Below are positions 26,901-41,281 of a DNA stretch of 64,000 nucleotides, one piece after another. Source of the DNA: Eledone cirrhosa (lineage: Eukaryota); contig OZ024742.1 in assembly GCA_964016885.1 (NCBI GenBank), positions 15,562,001 to 15,626,000 on the forward strand, given 5' to 3'. The notes beneath the pieces are model-generated. The model saw only the letters and a program-made list of their open reading frames with translations. It was not told the origin of the DNA and searched no databases. Positions within the stretch are counted from its first letter, which is position 1. Each line of letters starts with the position of its first letter. Made by a program: the position numbers and the translations under genes.

Positions 26901-29900
26901 GTAAAGTGTGATTATTAAAGAACCTCAGAGTAAAGTGTGATTATTAAAGAACCACAGAGAAATGTGTGATTGCTAAAGAACCACAGAGTAAAGTGTGATT
27001 ATTAAAGAACCTCAGAGTAAAGTGTGATTATTAAAGAACCTCAGAGTAAAGTGTGATTATTAAAGAACCAGTGTCATGTGCGATTATTAAAGAACCACAG
27101 AGTAAAGTGTGATTATTAAAGAATCTCAGAGTAAAGTGTGATTATTAAAGAACCTCAGAGTAAAGTGTGATTATTAAAGAACCACAGAGTAATGTGAGAT
27201 TATTAAAGAACCACAGAGTAAAGTGTGATTATTAAAGAACCTCAGAGCAAAGTGTGATTATTAAAGAACCACTGAGAAATGTGTGATTATTAAAGAACCA
27301 CAGAGTAAAGTGTGATTATTAAAGAAACTCAGAGTTAAGTGTGATTATTAAAGAAACTCAGGGTAAAGTGTGATTATTAAAGTACCACAGAGTACAGTGT
27401 AATTATTAAAGAACCTCAGTGTCATGTGTGATTATTAAAGAACCTCAGAGTAAAGTGTGATTATTAAAGAACCACAGAGTAAAGTGTGATTATTAAAGAA
27501 CCTCAGAGTAAAGTGTGATCATTAAAGAACCTCAGAGTAAAGTGTGATTATTAAAGAACCACAGAGAAATGTGTGATTATTAAAGAACCACAGAGTAAAG
27601 TGTGATTAATAAAGAACCTCAGATTAAAGTGTGATTATTAAAGAACCTCAGAGTAAAGTGTGATTATTAAAGAACCTCAGAGTAAAGTGTTGATTATTAA
27701 AGAAACTCAGAGTAAAGTGTGATTATTAAAGAACCACAGAGTAAAGTGTGATTATTAAAGAACCTCAGAGTAAAGTGTTGATTATTAAAGAACCTCAGAG
27801 TAAAGTGTGATTATTAAAGAACCTCAGAGTAAAGTGTGATTATTAAAGAACCACAGAGTAAAGTGTGATTATTAAAGAACCTCAGAGTAAAGTGTGATTA
27901 TTAAAGAACCACAGAGAAATGTGTGATTAGTAAAGAACCACAGAGTAAAGTGTGATTATTAAAGAACCTCAGAGTAAAGTGTGATTATTAAAGAGCCAGT
28001 GTCATGTGTGATTATTAAAGAACCACAGAGTAAAGTGTGATTATTAAAGAACCTCAGAGTAAAGTGTGATTATTAAAGAACCCCAGAGTAATGTGTGATT
28101 ATTAAAGAAATTCAGGGTAAAATGTGATTATTAAAGTACCACAGAGTACAGTGTAATTATTAAAGAACCTCAGTGTCATGTGTGATTATTAATGAACCTC
28201 AGAGTAAAGTGTGATTATTAAAGAACCATACAGAAATGTGAGATTATTAAAGAACCACAGAGTAAAGTGTGATTATTAAAGAACCTCAGAGTAAAGTGTG
28301 ATTATTAAAGAACCTCAGAGGAAAAGTGTGATTATTAAAGATCCTCAGAGTAAAGTGTGATTATTAAAGAACCCCAGAGTAAAGTGTGGTTATTAAGGAA
28401 CCTCAGAGTAAAGTGTGATTATTAAAGAACCACAGAGTAAAGTGTGATTATTAAAGAACCTCAGAGTAAAGTGTGATTATTAAAGAACCACAGAGTAAAG
28501 TGTGATTCTTAAAGAACCACAGAGAAATGTGTGATTATTAAAGAACCACAGAGTAAAGTGTGATTATTAAAGAACCTCAGAGTAAAGTGTGATTATTAAA
28601 GAACCACAGAGTAAAGTGTGATTATTAAAGAACCACAGAGTAAAGTGTGATTATTAAAGAACAACAGAGTAAAGTGTGATTATTAAAGTACCACAGAGTA
28701 CAGTGTAATTATTAAAGAACCTCAGTGTCATGTGTGATTATTAAAGAATCTCAGAGTAAAGTGTGATTATTAAAGAACCACAGAGTAAAGTGTTATTATT
28801 AAAGAACCACAGAGTAAAGTGTGATTATTAAAGAACCTCAGAGTAAAGCGTGATTATTAAAGAACCACAGAGTAAAGTGTGATTATTAAAGAACCACAGA
28901 GTAAAGTGTGATTATTAAAGAACCACAGAGTAAAGTGTGATTATTAAAGTACCACAGAGTACAGTGTAATTATTAAAGAACCTCAGTGTCATGTGTGATT
29001 ATTAAAGAACCTCAGAGTAAAGTGTGATTATTAAAGAACCAGGGAGTAAAGTGTTATTATTAAAGAACCACAGAGAAATGTGAGATTATTAAAGACCCAC
29101 AGAGTAAAGGGTGATTATTAAAGAACCTCAGAGCAAAGTGTAATTATTAAAGAACCTCAGAGTAAAGTGTGATTATTAAAGAACCTCAGAGTAAAGTGTG
29201 ATTATTAAAGAACCACAGAGTAAAGTGTGATTATTAAAGAACCTCAGAGTAAAGTGTTGATCATTAAAGAACCTCAGAGTAAAGTGTGATTATTAAAGAA
29301 CCTCAGAGTAAAGTGTGATTATTAAAGAACCACAGAGAAATGTGTGATTGCTAAAGAACCACAGAGTAAAGTGTGATTATTAAAGAACCTCAGAGTAAAG
29401 TGTGATTATTAAAGAACCTCAGAGTAAAGTGTGATTATTAAAGAACCAGTGTCATGTGCGATTATTAAAGAACCACAGAGTAAAGTGTGATTATTAAAGA
29501 ATCTCAGAGTAAAGTGTGATTATTAAAGAACCTCAGAGTAAAGTGTGATTATTAAAGAACCACAGAGTAATGTGAGATTATTAAAGAACCACAGAGTAAA
29601 GTGTGATTATTAAAGAACCTCAGAGCAAAGTGTGATTATTAAAGAACCACTGAGAAATGTGTGATTATTAAAGAACCACAGAGTAAAGTGTGATTATTAA
29701 AGAAACTCAGAGTTAAGTGTGATTATTAAAGAAACTCAGGGTAAAGTGTGATTATTAAAGTACCACAGAGTACAGTGTAATTATTAAAGAACCTCAGTGT
29801 CATGTGTGATTATTAAAGAACCTCAGAGTAAAGTGTGATTATTAAAGAACCACAGAGTAAAGTGTGATTATTAAAGAACCTCAGAGTAAAGTGTGATCAT

Positions 29901-29930
29901 TAAAGAACCTCAGAGTAAAGTGTGATTATT
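20980..29930 (+). repeat. Higher-order repeat of about 82 monomers (2,378 bp), about 3.7 tandem copies
   Basis: The TGCT of marker GATTGCTAAAG is at 22157, 24622, 26971 and 29349. The spacings are 2465, 2349 and 2378 bp, or 85, 81 and 82 monomers. Confidence 0.9.
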
Positions 29931-32900
29931 AAAGAAACTCAGAGTAAAGTGTGATTATTAAAGAACCACAGAGAAATGTGTGATTATTAAAGAACCACAG
30001 AGTAAAGTGCGTTTATTAAAGAACCACAGTGTAAAGTGTGATTATTAAAGAACCTCAGAGTAAAGTGTGATTATTAAAGAACCCCAGAGTAATGTGTAAT
30101 TATTAAAGAAACTCAGGGTAAAGTGTGATTATTAAAGTACCACAGAGTACAGTGTAATTATTAAAGAACCTCAGTGTCATGTGTGATTATTAAAGAACCT
30201 CAGAGTAAAGTGTGATTATTAAAGAACCACAGAGTAAAGTGTTATTATTAAAGAACCACAGAGAAATGTGAGATTATTAAAGAACCACAGAGTAAAGTGT
30301 GATTATTAAAGAACCTCAGAGCAAAGTGTGATTATTAAAGAACCTCAGAGTAAAGTGTGATTATTAAAGAACCTCAGAGTAAAGTGTGATTATTAAAGAA
30401 CCTCAGAGCAAAGTGTGATTATTAAAGAACCTCAGAGTAAAGTGAGATTATTAAAGAACCACAGAGTAAAGTGTGATTATTAAAGAACCTCAGAGTAAAG
30501 TGTGATTAGTAAAGAACCTCAGAGTAAAGTGTGATTATTAAAGAACCACTGAGAAATGTGTGATTATTAAAGAACCACAGAGTAAAGTGTGATTATTAAA
30601 GAACCACAGAGTAAAGTGTGATTATTAAAGAACCTCAGAGTAAAGTGTGATCATTAAAGAACCTCAGAGTAAAGTGTGATTATTAAAGAACCTCAGAGTA
30701 AAGTGTGATTATTAAAGAACCACAGAGTAAAGTGTGATTATTAAAGAACCTCAGAGTAAAGTGTGATAATTAAAGAACCACAGAGAATTGTGTGATTATT
30801 AATGAACCACAGAGTAAAGTGTGATTAATAAAGAACCACAGAGAAATGTGTGATTATTAACGAACCACAGAGTAAAGTGTGATTATTAAAGAACCACAGA
30901 GAAATGTGTGATTATTAAAGAACCTCAGAGTAAAGTGTGAATATTAAAGAACCTCAGAGTAAAGTGTGATTATTAAAGAACCTCAGAGTAAAGTGTGATT
31001 ATTAAAGAACCACAGAGAAATGTGTGATTATTAAAGAACCACAGAGTAAAGTGTGATTAATAAAGAACCTCAGATTAAAGTGTGATTATTAAAGAACCTC
31101 AGAGTAAAGTGTGATTATTAAAGAACCTCAGAGTAAAGTGTTGATTATTAAAGAAACTCAGAGTAAAGTGTGATTATTAAAGAACCACAGAGTAAAGTGT
31201 GATTATTAAAGAACCTCAGAGTAAAGTGTTGATTATTAAAGAACCTCAGAGTAAAGTGTGATTATTAAAGAACCTCAGAGTAAAGTGTGATTATTAAAGA
31301 ACCACAGAGTAAAGTGTGATTATTAAAGAACCTCAGAGTAAAGTGTGATTATTAAAGAACCACAGAGAAATGTGTGATTAGTAAAGAACCACAGAGTAAA
31401 GTGTGATTATTAAAGAACCTCAGAGTAAAGTGTGATTATTAAAGAGCCAGTGTCATGTGTGATTATTAAAGAACCACAGAGTAAAGTGTGATTATTAAAG
31501 AACCTCAGAGTAAAGTGTGATTATTAAAGAACCCCAGAGTAATGTGTGATTATTAAAGAAACTCAGGGTAAAATGTGATTATTAAAGTACCACAGAGTAC
31601 AGTGTAATTATTAAAGAACCTCAGTGTCATGTGTGATTATTAATGAACCTCAGAGTAAAGTGTGATTATTAAAGAACCATACAGAAATGTGAGATTATTA
31701 AAGAACCACAGAGTAAAGTGTGATTATTAAAGAACCTCAGAGTAAAGTGTGATTATTAAAGAACCTCAGAGGAAAAGTGTGATTATTAAAGATCCTCAGA
31801 GTAAAGTGTGATTATTAAAGAACCCCAGAGTAAAGTGTGGTTATTAAGGAACCTCAGAGTAAAGTGTGATTATTAAAGAACCACAGAGTAAAGTGTGATT
31901 ATTAAAGAACCTCAGAGTAAAGTGTGATTATTAAAGAACCACAGAGTAAAGTGTGATTCTTAAAGAACCACAGAGAAATGTGTGATTATTAAAGAACCAC
32001 AGAGTAAAGTGTGATTATTAAAGAACCTCAGAGTAAAGTGTGATTATTAAAGAACCACAGAGTAAAGTGTGATTATTAAAGAACCACAGAGTAAAGTGTG
32101 ATTATTAAAGAACAACAGAGTAAAGTGTGATTATTAAAGTACCACAGAGTACAGTGTAATTATTAAAGAACCTCAGTGTCATGTGTGATTATTAAAGAAT
32201 CTCAGAGTAAAGTGTGATTATTAAAGAACCACAGAGTAAAGTGTTATTATTAAAGAACCACAGAGTAAAGTGTGATTATTAAAGAACCTCAGAGTAAAGC
32301 GTGATTATTAAAGAACCACAGAGTAAAGTGTGATTATTAAAGAACCACAGAGTAAAGTGTGATTATTAAAGAACCACATAGTAAAGTGTGATTATTAAAG
32401 TACCACAGAGTACAGTGTAATTATTAAAGAACCTCAGTGTCATGTGTGATTATTAAAGAACCTCAGAGTAAAGTGTGATTATTAAAGAACCAGGGAGTAA
32501 AGTGTTATTATTAAAGAACCACAGAGAAATGTGAGATTATTAAAGACCCACAGAGTAAAGGGTGATTATTAAAGAACCTCAGAGCAAAGTGTAATTATTA
32601 AAGAACCTCAGAGTAAAGTGTGATTATTAAAGAACCTCAGAGTAAAGTGTGATTATTAAAGAACCACAGAGTAAAGTGTGATTATTAAAGAACCTCAGAG
32701 TAAAGTGTTGATCATTAAAGAACCTCAGAGTAAAGTGTGATTATTAAAGAACCTCAGAGTAAAGTGTGATTATTAAAGAACCACAGAGAAATGTGTGATT
32801 GCTAAAGAACCACAGAGTAAAGTGTGATTATTAAAGAACCTCAGAGTAAAGTGTGATTATTAAAGAACCTCAGAGTAAAGTGTGATTATTAAAGAACCAG

Positions 32901-34435
32901 TGTCATGTGCGATTATTAAAGAACCACAGAGTAAAGTGTGATTATTAAAGAATCTCAGAGTAAAGTGTGATTATTAAAGAACCTCAGAGTAAAGTGTGAT
33001 TATTAAAGAACCACAGAGTAATGTGAGATTATTAAAGAACCACAGAGTAAAGTGTGATTATTAAAGAACCTCAGAGCAAAGTGTGATTATTAAAGAACCA
33101 CTGAGAAATGTGTGATTATTAAAGAACCACAGAGTAAAGTGTGATTATTAAAGAAACTCAGAGTTAAGTGTGATTATTAAAGAAACTCAGGGTAAAGTGT
33201 GATTATTAAAGTACCACAGAGTACAGTGTAATTATTAAAGAACCTCAGTGTCATGTGTGATTATTAAAGAACCTCAGAGTAAAGTGTGATTATTAAAGAA
33301 CCACAGAGTAAAGTGTGATTATTAAAGAACCTCAGAGTAAAGTGTGATCATTAAAGAACCTCAGAGTAAAGTGTGATTATTAAAGAAACTCAGAGTAAAG
33401 TGTGATTATTAAAGAACCACAGAGAAATGTGTGATTATTAAAGAACCACAGAGTAAAGTGCGTTTATTAAAGAACCACAGTGTAAAGTGTGATTATTAAA
33501 GAACCTCAGAGTAAAGTGTGATTATTAAAGAACCCCAGAGTAATGTGTAATTATTAAAGAAACTCAGGGTAAAGTGTGATTATTAAAGTACCACAGAGTA
33601 CAGTGTAATTATTAAAGAACCTCAGTGTCATGTGTGATTATTAAAGAACCTCAGAGTAAAGTGTGATTATTAAAGAACCACAGAGTAAAGTGTTATTATT
33701 AAAGAACCACAGAGAAATGTGAGATTATTAAAGAACCACAGAGTAAAGTGTGATTATTAAAGAACCTCAGAGCAAAGTGTGATTATTAAAGAACCTCAGA
33801 GTAAAGTGTGATTATTAAAGAACCTCAGAGTAAAGTGTGATTATTAAAGAACCTCAGAGCAAAGTGTGATTATTAAAGAACCTCAGAGTAAAGTGAGATT
33901 ATTAAAGAACCACAGAGTAAAGTGTGATTATTAAAGAACCTCAGAGTAAAGTGTGATTAGTAAAGAACCTCAGAGTAAAGTGTGATTATTAAAGAACCAC
34001 TGAGAAATGTGTGATTATTAAAGAACCACAGAGTAAAGTGTGATTATTAAAGAACCACAGAGTAAAGTGTGATTATTAAAGAACCTCAGAGTAAAGTGTG
34101 ATCATTAAAGAACCTCAGAGTAAAGTGTGATTATTAAAGAACCTCAGAGTAAAGTGTGATTATTAAAGAACCACAGAGTAAAGTGTGATTATTAAAGAAC
34201 CTCAGAGTAAAGTGTGATAATTAAAGAACCACAGAGAATTGTGTGATTATTAATGAACCACAGAGTAAAGTGTGATTAATAAAGAACCACAGAGAAATGT
34301 GTGATTATTAACGAACCACAGAGTAAAGTGTGATTATTAAAGAACCACAGAGAAATGTGTGATTATTAAAGAACCTCAGAGTAAAGTGTGAATATTAAAG
34401 AACCTCAGAGTAAAGTGTGATTATTAAAGAACCTC
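27530..34435 (+). repeat. Tandem duplication of 3,451 bp (119 monomers), seen only in super-unit copy 1
   Basis: GATCCT 28340/31791, GCGTTTATTAAAGAACCACAGTGT 30009/33460 and TGCT 29349/32800 all show an offset of 3,451 = 119x29. Confidence 0.88.
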
Positions 34436-37400
34436 AGAATAAAGTGTGATTATTAAAGAACCACAGAGTAAAGTGTGATTATTAATGAACCTCAGAGTAA
34501 AGTGTGATTATTAAAGAACCATACAGAAATGTGAGATTATTAAAGAACCACAGAGTAAAGTGTGATTATTAAAGAACCTCAGAGTAAAGTGTGATTATTA
34601 AAGAACCTCAGAGGAAAAGTGTGATTATTAAAGAACCTCAGAGTAAAGTGTGATTATTAAAGAACCCCAGAGTAAAGTGTGGTTATTAAGGAACCTCAGA
34701 GTAAAGTGTGATTATTAAAGAACCACAGAGTAAAGTGTGATTATTAAAGAACCTCAGAGTAAAGTGTGATTATTAAAGAACCACAGAGTAAAGTGTGATT
34801 ATTAAAGAACCACAGAGAAATGTGTGATTATTAAAGAACCACAGAGTAAAGTGTGATTATTAAAGAACCTCAGAGTAAAGTCTGATTATTAAAGAACCAC
34901 AGAGTAAAGTGTGATTATTAAAGAACCACAGAGTAAAGTGTGATTATTAAAGAACAACAGAGTAAAGTGTGATTATTAAAGTACCACAGAGTACAGTGTA
35001 ATTATTAAAGAACCTCAGTGTCATGTGTGATTATTAAAGAATCTCAGAGTAAAGTGTGATTATTAAAGAACCACAGAGTAAAGTGTTATTATTAAAGAAC
35101 CACAGAGTAAAGTGTGATTATTAAAGAACCTCAGAGTAAAGCGTGATTATTAAAGAACCACAGAGTAAAGTGTGATTATTAAAGAACCACAGAGTAAAGT
35201 GTGATTATTAAAGAACCACAGAGTAAAGTGTGATTATTAAAGTACCACAGAGTACAGTGTAATTATTAAAGAACCTCAGTGTCATGTGTGATTATTAAAG
35301 AACCTCAGAGTAAAGTGTGATTATTAAAGAACCAGGGAGTAAAGTGTTATTATTAAAGAACCACAGAGAAATGTGAGATTATTAAAGACCCACAGAGTAA
35401 AGGGTGATTATTAAAGAACCTCAGAGCAAAGTGTAATTATTAAAGAACCTCAGAGTAAAGTGAGATTATTAAAGAACCACAGAGTAAAGTGTGATTATTA
35501 AAGAACCTCAGAGTAAAGTGTGATTATTAAAGAACCTCAGAGTAAAGTGTGATTATTAAAGAACCACAGAGTAAAGTGTGATTATTAAAGAACCTCAGAG
35601 TAAAGTGTTGATCATTAAAGAACCTCAGAGTAAAGTGTGATTATTAAAGAACCTCAGAGTAAAGTGTGATTATTAAAGAACCACAGAGAAATTTGTGATT
35701 GCTAAAGAACCACAGAGTAAAGTGTGATTATTAAAGAACCTCAGAGTAAAGTGTGATTATTAAAGAACCTCAGAGTAAAGTGTGATTATTAAAGAACCAG
35801 TGTCATGTGCGATTATTAAAGAACCACAGAGTAAAGTGTGATTATTAAAGAATCTCAGAGTAAAGTGTGATTATTAAAGAACCTCAGAGTAAAGTGTGAT
35901 TATTAAAGAACCACAGAGTAATGTGAGATTATTAAAGAACCACAGAGTAAAGTGTGATTATTAAAGAACCTCAGAGCAAAGTGTGATTATTAAAGAACCA
36001 CTGAGAAATGTGTGATTATTAAAGAACCACAGAGTAAAGTGTGATTATTAAAGAAACTCAGAGTTAAGTGTGATTATTAAAGAAACTCAGGGTAAAGTGT
36101 GATTATTAAAGTACCACAGAGTACAGTGTAAATATTAAAGAACCTCAGTGTCATGTGTGATTATTAAAGAACCTCAGAGTAAAGTGTGATTATTAAAGAA
36201 CCACAGAGTAAAGTGTGATTATTAAAGAACCTCAGAGTAAGGTGTGATCATTAAAGAACCTCAGAGTAAAGTGTGATTATTAAAGAACCTCAGAGTAAAG
36301 TGTGATTATTAAAGAACCACAGAGAAATGTGTGATTATTAAAGAACCACAGAGTAAAGTGCGTTTATTAAAGAACCACAGAGTAAAGTGTGATTATTAAA
36401 GAACCTCAGAGTAAAGTGTGATTATTAAAGAACCACAGAGAAATGTGTGATTATTAAAGAACCTCAGAGTAAAGTGTGATTATTAAAGAACCTCAGAGTA
36501 AAGTGTGATAATTAAAGAACCACAGAGAAATGTGTGATTATTAAAGAACTACAGAGTAAAGTGTGATTAATAAAGAACCACAGAGAAATGTGTGATTATT
36601 AACGAACCACAGAGTAAAGTGTGATTATTAAAGAACCACAGAGAAATGTGTGATTATTAAAGAACCTCAGAGTAAAGTGTGATTATTAAAGAACCTCAGA
36701 GTAAAGTGTGATTATTAAAGAACCTCAGAATAAAGTGTGATTATTAAAGAACCACAGAGTAAAGTGTGATTATTAATGAACCTCAGAGTAAAGTGTGATT
36801 ATTAAAGAACCATACAGAAATGTGAGATTATTAAAGAACCACAGAGTAAAGTGTGATTATTAAAGAACCTCAGAGTAAAGTGTGATTATTAAAGAACCTC
36901 AGAGGAAAAGTGTGATTATTAAAGAACCTCAGAGTAAAGTGTGATTATTAAAGAACCCCAGAGTAAAGTGTGATTATTAAGGAACCTCAGAGTAAAGTGA
37001 GATTATTAAAGAACCACAGAGTAAAGTGTGATTATTAAAGAACCTCAGAATAAAGTGTGATTATTAAAGAATCACAGAGTAAAGTGTGATTATTAAAGAA
37101 CCACAGAGAAATGTGTGATTATTAAAGAACCACAGAGTAAAGTGTGATTATTAAAGAACCTCAGAGTAAAGTGTGATTATTAAAGAACCACAGAGTAAAG
37201 TGTGATTATTAAAGAACCACAGAGTAAAGTGTGATTATTAAAGAACAACAGAGTAAAGTGTGATTATTAAAGTACCACAGAGTACAGTGTAATTATTAAA
37301 GAACCTCAGTGTCATGTGTGATTATTAAAGAATCTCAGAGTAAAGTGTGATTATTAAAGAACCACAGAGTAAAGTGTTATTATTAAAGAACCACAGAGTA

Positions 37401-40400
37401 AAGTGTGATTATTAAAGAACCTCAGAGTAAAGCGTGTTTATTAAAGAACCACAGAGTAAAGTGAGATTATTAAAGAACCACAGAGTAAAGTGTGATTATT
37501 AAAGAACCACAGAGTAAAGTGTGATTATTAAAGTACCACAGAGTACAGTTTAATTATTAAAGAATGTCAGTGTCATGTGTGATTATTAAAGAACCTCAGA
37601 GTAAAGTGTGATTATTAAAGAACCACAGAGTAAAGTGTTATTATAAAAGAACCACAGAGAAATGTGAGATTATTAAAGACCCACAGAGTAAAGGGTGATT
37701 ATTAAAGAACCTCAGAGCAAAGTGTAATTATTAAAGAACCTCAGAGTAAAGTGTGATTATTAAAGAACCTCAGAGTAAAGTGTGATTATTAAAGAACCAC
37801 AGAGTAAAGTGTGATTATTAAAGAACCTCAGTGTAAAGTGTTGATCATTAAAGAACCTCAGAGTAAAGTGTGATTATTAAAGAACCTCAGAGTAAAGTGT
37901 GATTATTAAAGAACCACAGAGAAATGTGTAATTATTAAAGAACCACAGAGTAAAGTGTGATTATTAAAGAACATCAGAGTAAAGTGTGATTATTAAAGAA
38001 CCTCAGAGTAAAGTGTGATTATTAAAGAACCAGTGTCATGTGCGATTATTAAAGAACCACAGAGTAAAGTGTGATTATTAAAGAACCTCAGAGTAAAGTG
38101 TGATTATTAAAGAACATCAGAGTAAAGTGTGATAATTAAAGAACCACAGAGAAATGTGTGATTATTAAAGAACTACAGAGTAAAGTGTGATTAATAAAGA
38201 ACCACAGAGAAATGTGTGATTATTAACGAACCACAGAGTAAAGTGTGATTATTAAAGAACCACAGAGAAATGTGTGATTATTAAAGAACCTCAGAGTAAA
38301 GTGTGATTATTAAAGAACCTCAGAGTAAAGTGTGATTTTTAAAGAACCTCAGAATAAAGTGTGATTATTAAAGAACCACAGAGTAAAGTGTGATTATTAA
38401 TGAACCTCAGAGTAAAGTGTGATTATTAAAGAACCATACAGAAATGTGAGATTATTAAAGAACCACAGAGTAAAGTGTGATTATTAAAGAACCTCAGAGT
38501 AAACAGTGATTATTAAAGAACCTCAGAGGAAAAGTGTGATTATTAAAGAACCTCAGAGTAAAGTGTGATTATTAAAGAACCCCAGAGTAAAGTGTGATTA
38601 TTAAGGAACCTCAGAGTAAAGTGTGATTATTAAAGAACCACAGAGTAAAGTGTGATTATTAAAGAACCTCAGAATAAAGTGTGATTATTAAAGAACCACA
38701 GAGTAAAGTGTGATTATAAAAGAACCACAGAGAAATGTGTGATTATTAAAGAACCACAGAGTAAAGTGTGATTATTAAAGAACCTCAGAGTAAAGTGTGA
38801 TTATTAAAGAACCACAGAGTAAAGTGTGATTATTAAAGAACCACAGAGTAAAGTGTGATTATTAAAGAACAACAGAGTAAAGTGTGATTATTAAAGTACC
38901 ACAGTGTACAGTGTAATTATTAAAGAACCTCAGTGTCATGTGTGATTATTAAAGAATCTCAGAGTAAAGTGTGATTATTAAAGAACCACAGAGTAAAGTG
39001 TTATTATTAAAGAACCACAGAGTAAAGTGTGATTATTAAAGAACCTCAGAGTAAAGCGTGATTATTAAAGAACCACAGAGTAAAGTGAGATTATTAAAGA
39101 ACCACAGAGTAAAGTGTGATTATTAAAGAACCACAGAGTAAAGTGTGATTATTAAAGTACCACAGAGTACAGTGTAATTATTAAAGAACGTCAGTGTCAT
39201 GTGTGATTATTAAAGAACCTCAGAGTAAAGTGTGATTATTAAAGAACCACAGAGTAAAGTGTTATTATTAAAGAACCACAGAGAAATGTGAGATTATTAA
39301 AGACCTACAGAGTAAAGGGTGATTATTAAAGAACCTCAGAGCAAAGTGTAATTATTAAAGAACCTCAGAGTAAAGTGTGATTATTAAAGAACCTCAGAGT
39401 AAAGTGTGATTATTAAAGAACCACAGAGTAAAGTGTGATTATTAAAGAACCTCAGAGTAAAGTGTTGATCATTAAAGAACCTCAGAGTAAAGTGTAATTA
39501 TTAAAGAACCTCAGAGTAAAGTGTGATTATTAAAGAACCACAGAGAAATGTGTGATTATTAAAGAACCACAGAGTAAAGTGTGATTATTAAAGAACATCA
39601 GAGTAAAGTGTGATTATTAATGAACCTCAGAGTAAAGTGTGATTATTAAAGAACCAGTGTCATGTGCGATTATTAAAGAACCACAGAGTAAAGTGTGATT
39701 ATTAAAGAACCTCAGAGTAAAGTGTGATTATTAAAGAACCTCAGAGTAAAGTGTGATTATTAAAGAACCACAGAGTAATGTGAGATTATTAAAGAACCAC
39801 AGAGTAAAGTGTGATTATTAAAGAACCTCAGAGCAAAGTGTGATTATTAAAGAACCACTGAGAAATGTGTGATTATTAAAGAACCACAGAGTAAAGTGTG
39901 ATTATTAAAGAACCTCAGAGTTAAGTGTGATTATTAAAGAAACTGAGGGTAAAGTGTGATTATTAAAGTACCACAGAGTACAGTGTAATTATTAAAGAAC
40001 CTCAGTGTCATGTGTGATTATTAAAGAACCTCAGAGTAAAGTGTGATTATTAAAGAACCACAGAGTAAAGTGTTATTATTAAAGAACCTCAGAGTAAAGT
40101 GTGATTATTAAAGAACCTCAGAGTAAAGAGTGCTTATTAAAGAACCACTGAGAAATGTGTGATTATTAAAGAACCACAGAGTAAAGTGTGATTATTAAAG
40201 AACCACAGAGTAAAGTGTGATTATTAAAGAACCTCAGAGTAAAGTGTGATTATTAAAGAACCACAGAGTAAAGTGTGATTATTAAAGAACCTCAGAGTAA
40301 AGTGTGATTATTAAAGAACCTCAGAGTAAAGGGTGATTATTAAAGAACCACAGAGTAAAGTGTGATTATTAAAGAACCTCAGAGTAAAGTGTGATTATTA

Positions 40401-41281
40401 AAGAACCATACAGAAATGTGAGATTATTAAAGAACCACAGAGTAAAGTGTGATTATTAAAGAACCTCAGAGTAAAGTGTGATTATTAAAGAACCTCAGAG
40501 GAAAAGTGTGATTATTAAAGAACCTCAGAGTAAAGTGTGATTATTAAAGAACCCCAGAGTAAAGTGTGATTATTAAGGAACCTCAGAGTAAAGCGTGATT
40601 ATTAAAGAACCACAGAGTAAAGTGTGATTATTAAAGAACCTCAGAGTAAAGTGTGATTATTAAAGAACCTCAGAGTAAAGTGTGATTATTAAAGAACCAC
40701 AGAGAAATGTGTGATTATTAAAGAACCACAGAGTAAAGTGTGATTATTAATGAACCTCAGAGTAAAGTGTTGATTATTAAAGAACCTCAGAGTAAAGTGT
40801 TGATTATTAAAGAACCTCAGAGTAAAGTGTGATTATTAAAGAACCTCAGAGTAAAGTGTGATTATTAAAGAACATCAGAGTAAAGTGTTGATTATTAAAG
40901 AACCTCAGCGTAAAGTGTGATTATTAAAGAACCACAGAGTAAAGTGTGATTATTAAAGAACCTCAGAGTAAAGTGTTGATTATTAAAGAACCTCAGAGTA
41001 AAGTGTGATTATTAAAGAACCTCAGAGTAAAGCGTGATTATTAAAGAACCACAGAGTAAAGTGTGATTATTAAAGAACCTCAGAGTAAAGTGTGATTATT
41101 AAAGAACCACAGAGAAATGTGTGATTATTAAAGAACCACAGAGTAAAGTGTGATTATTAAAGAACCTCAGAGTAAAGTGTGATTATTAAAGAACCTCAGA
41201 GTAAAGTGTGATTATTAAAGAACCAGTGTCATGTGCGATTATTAAAGAACCACAGAGTAAAGTGTGATTATTAAAGAACCT

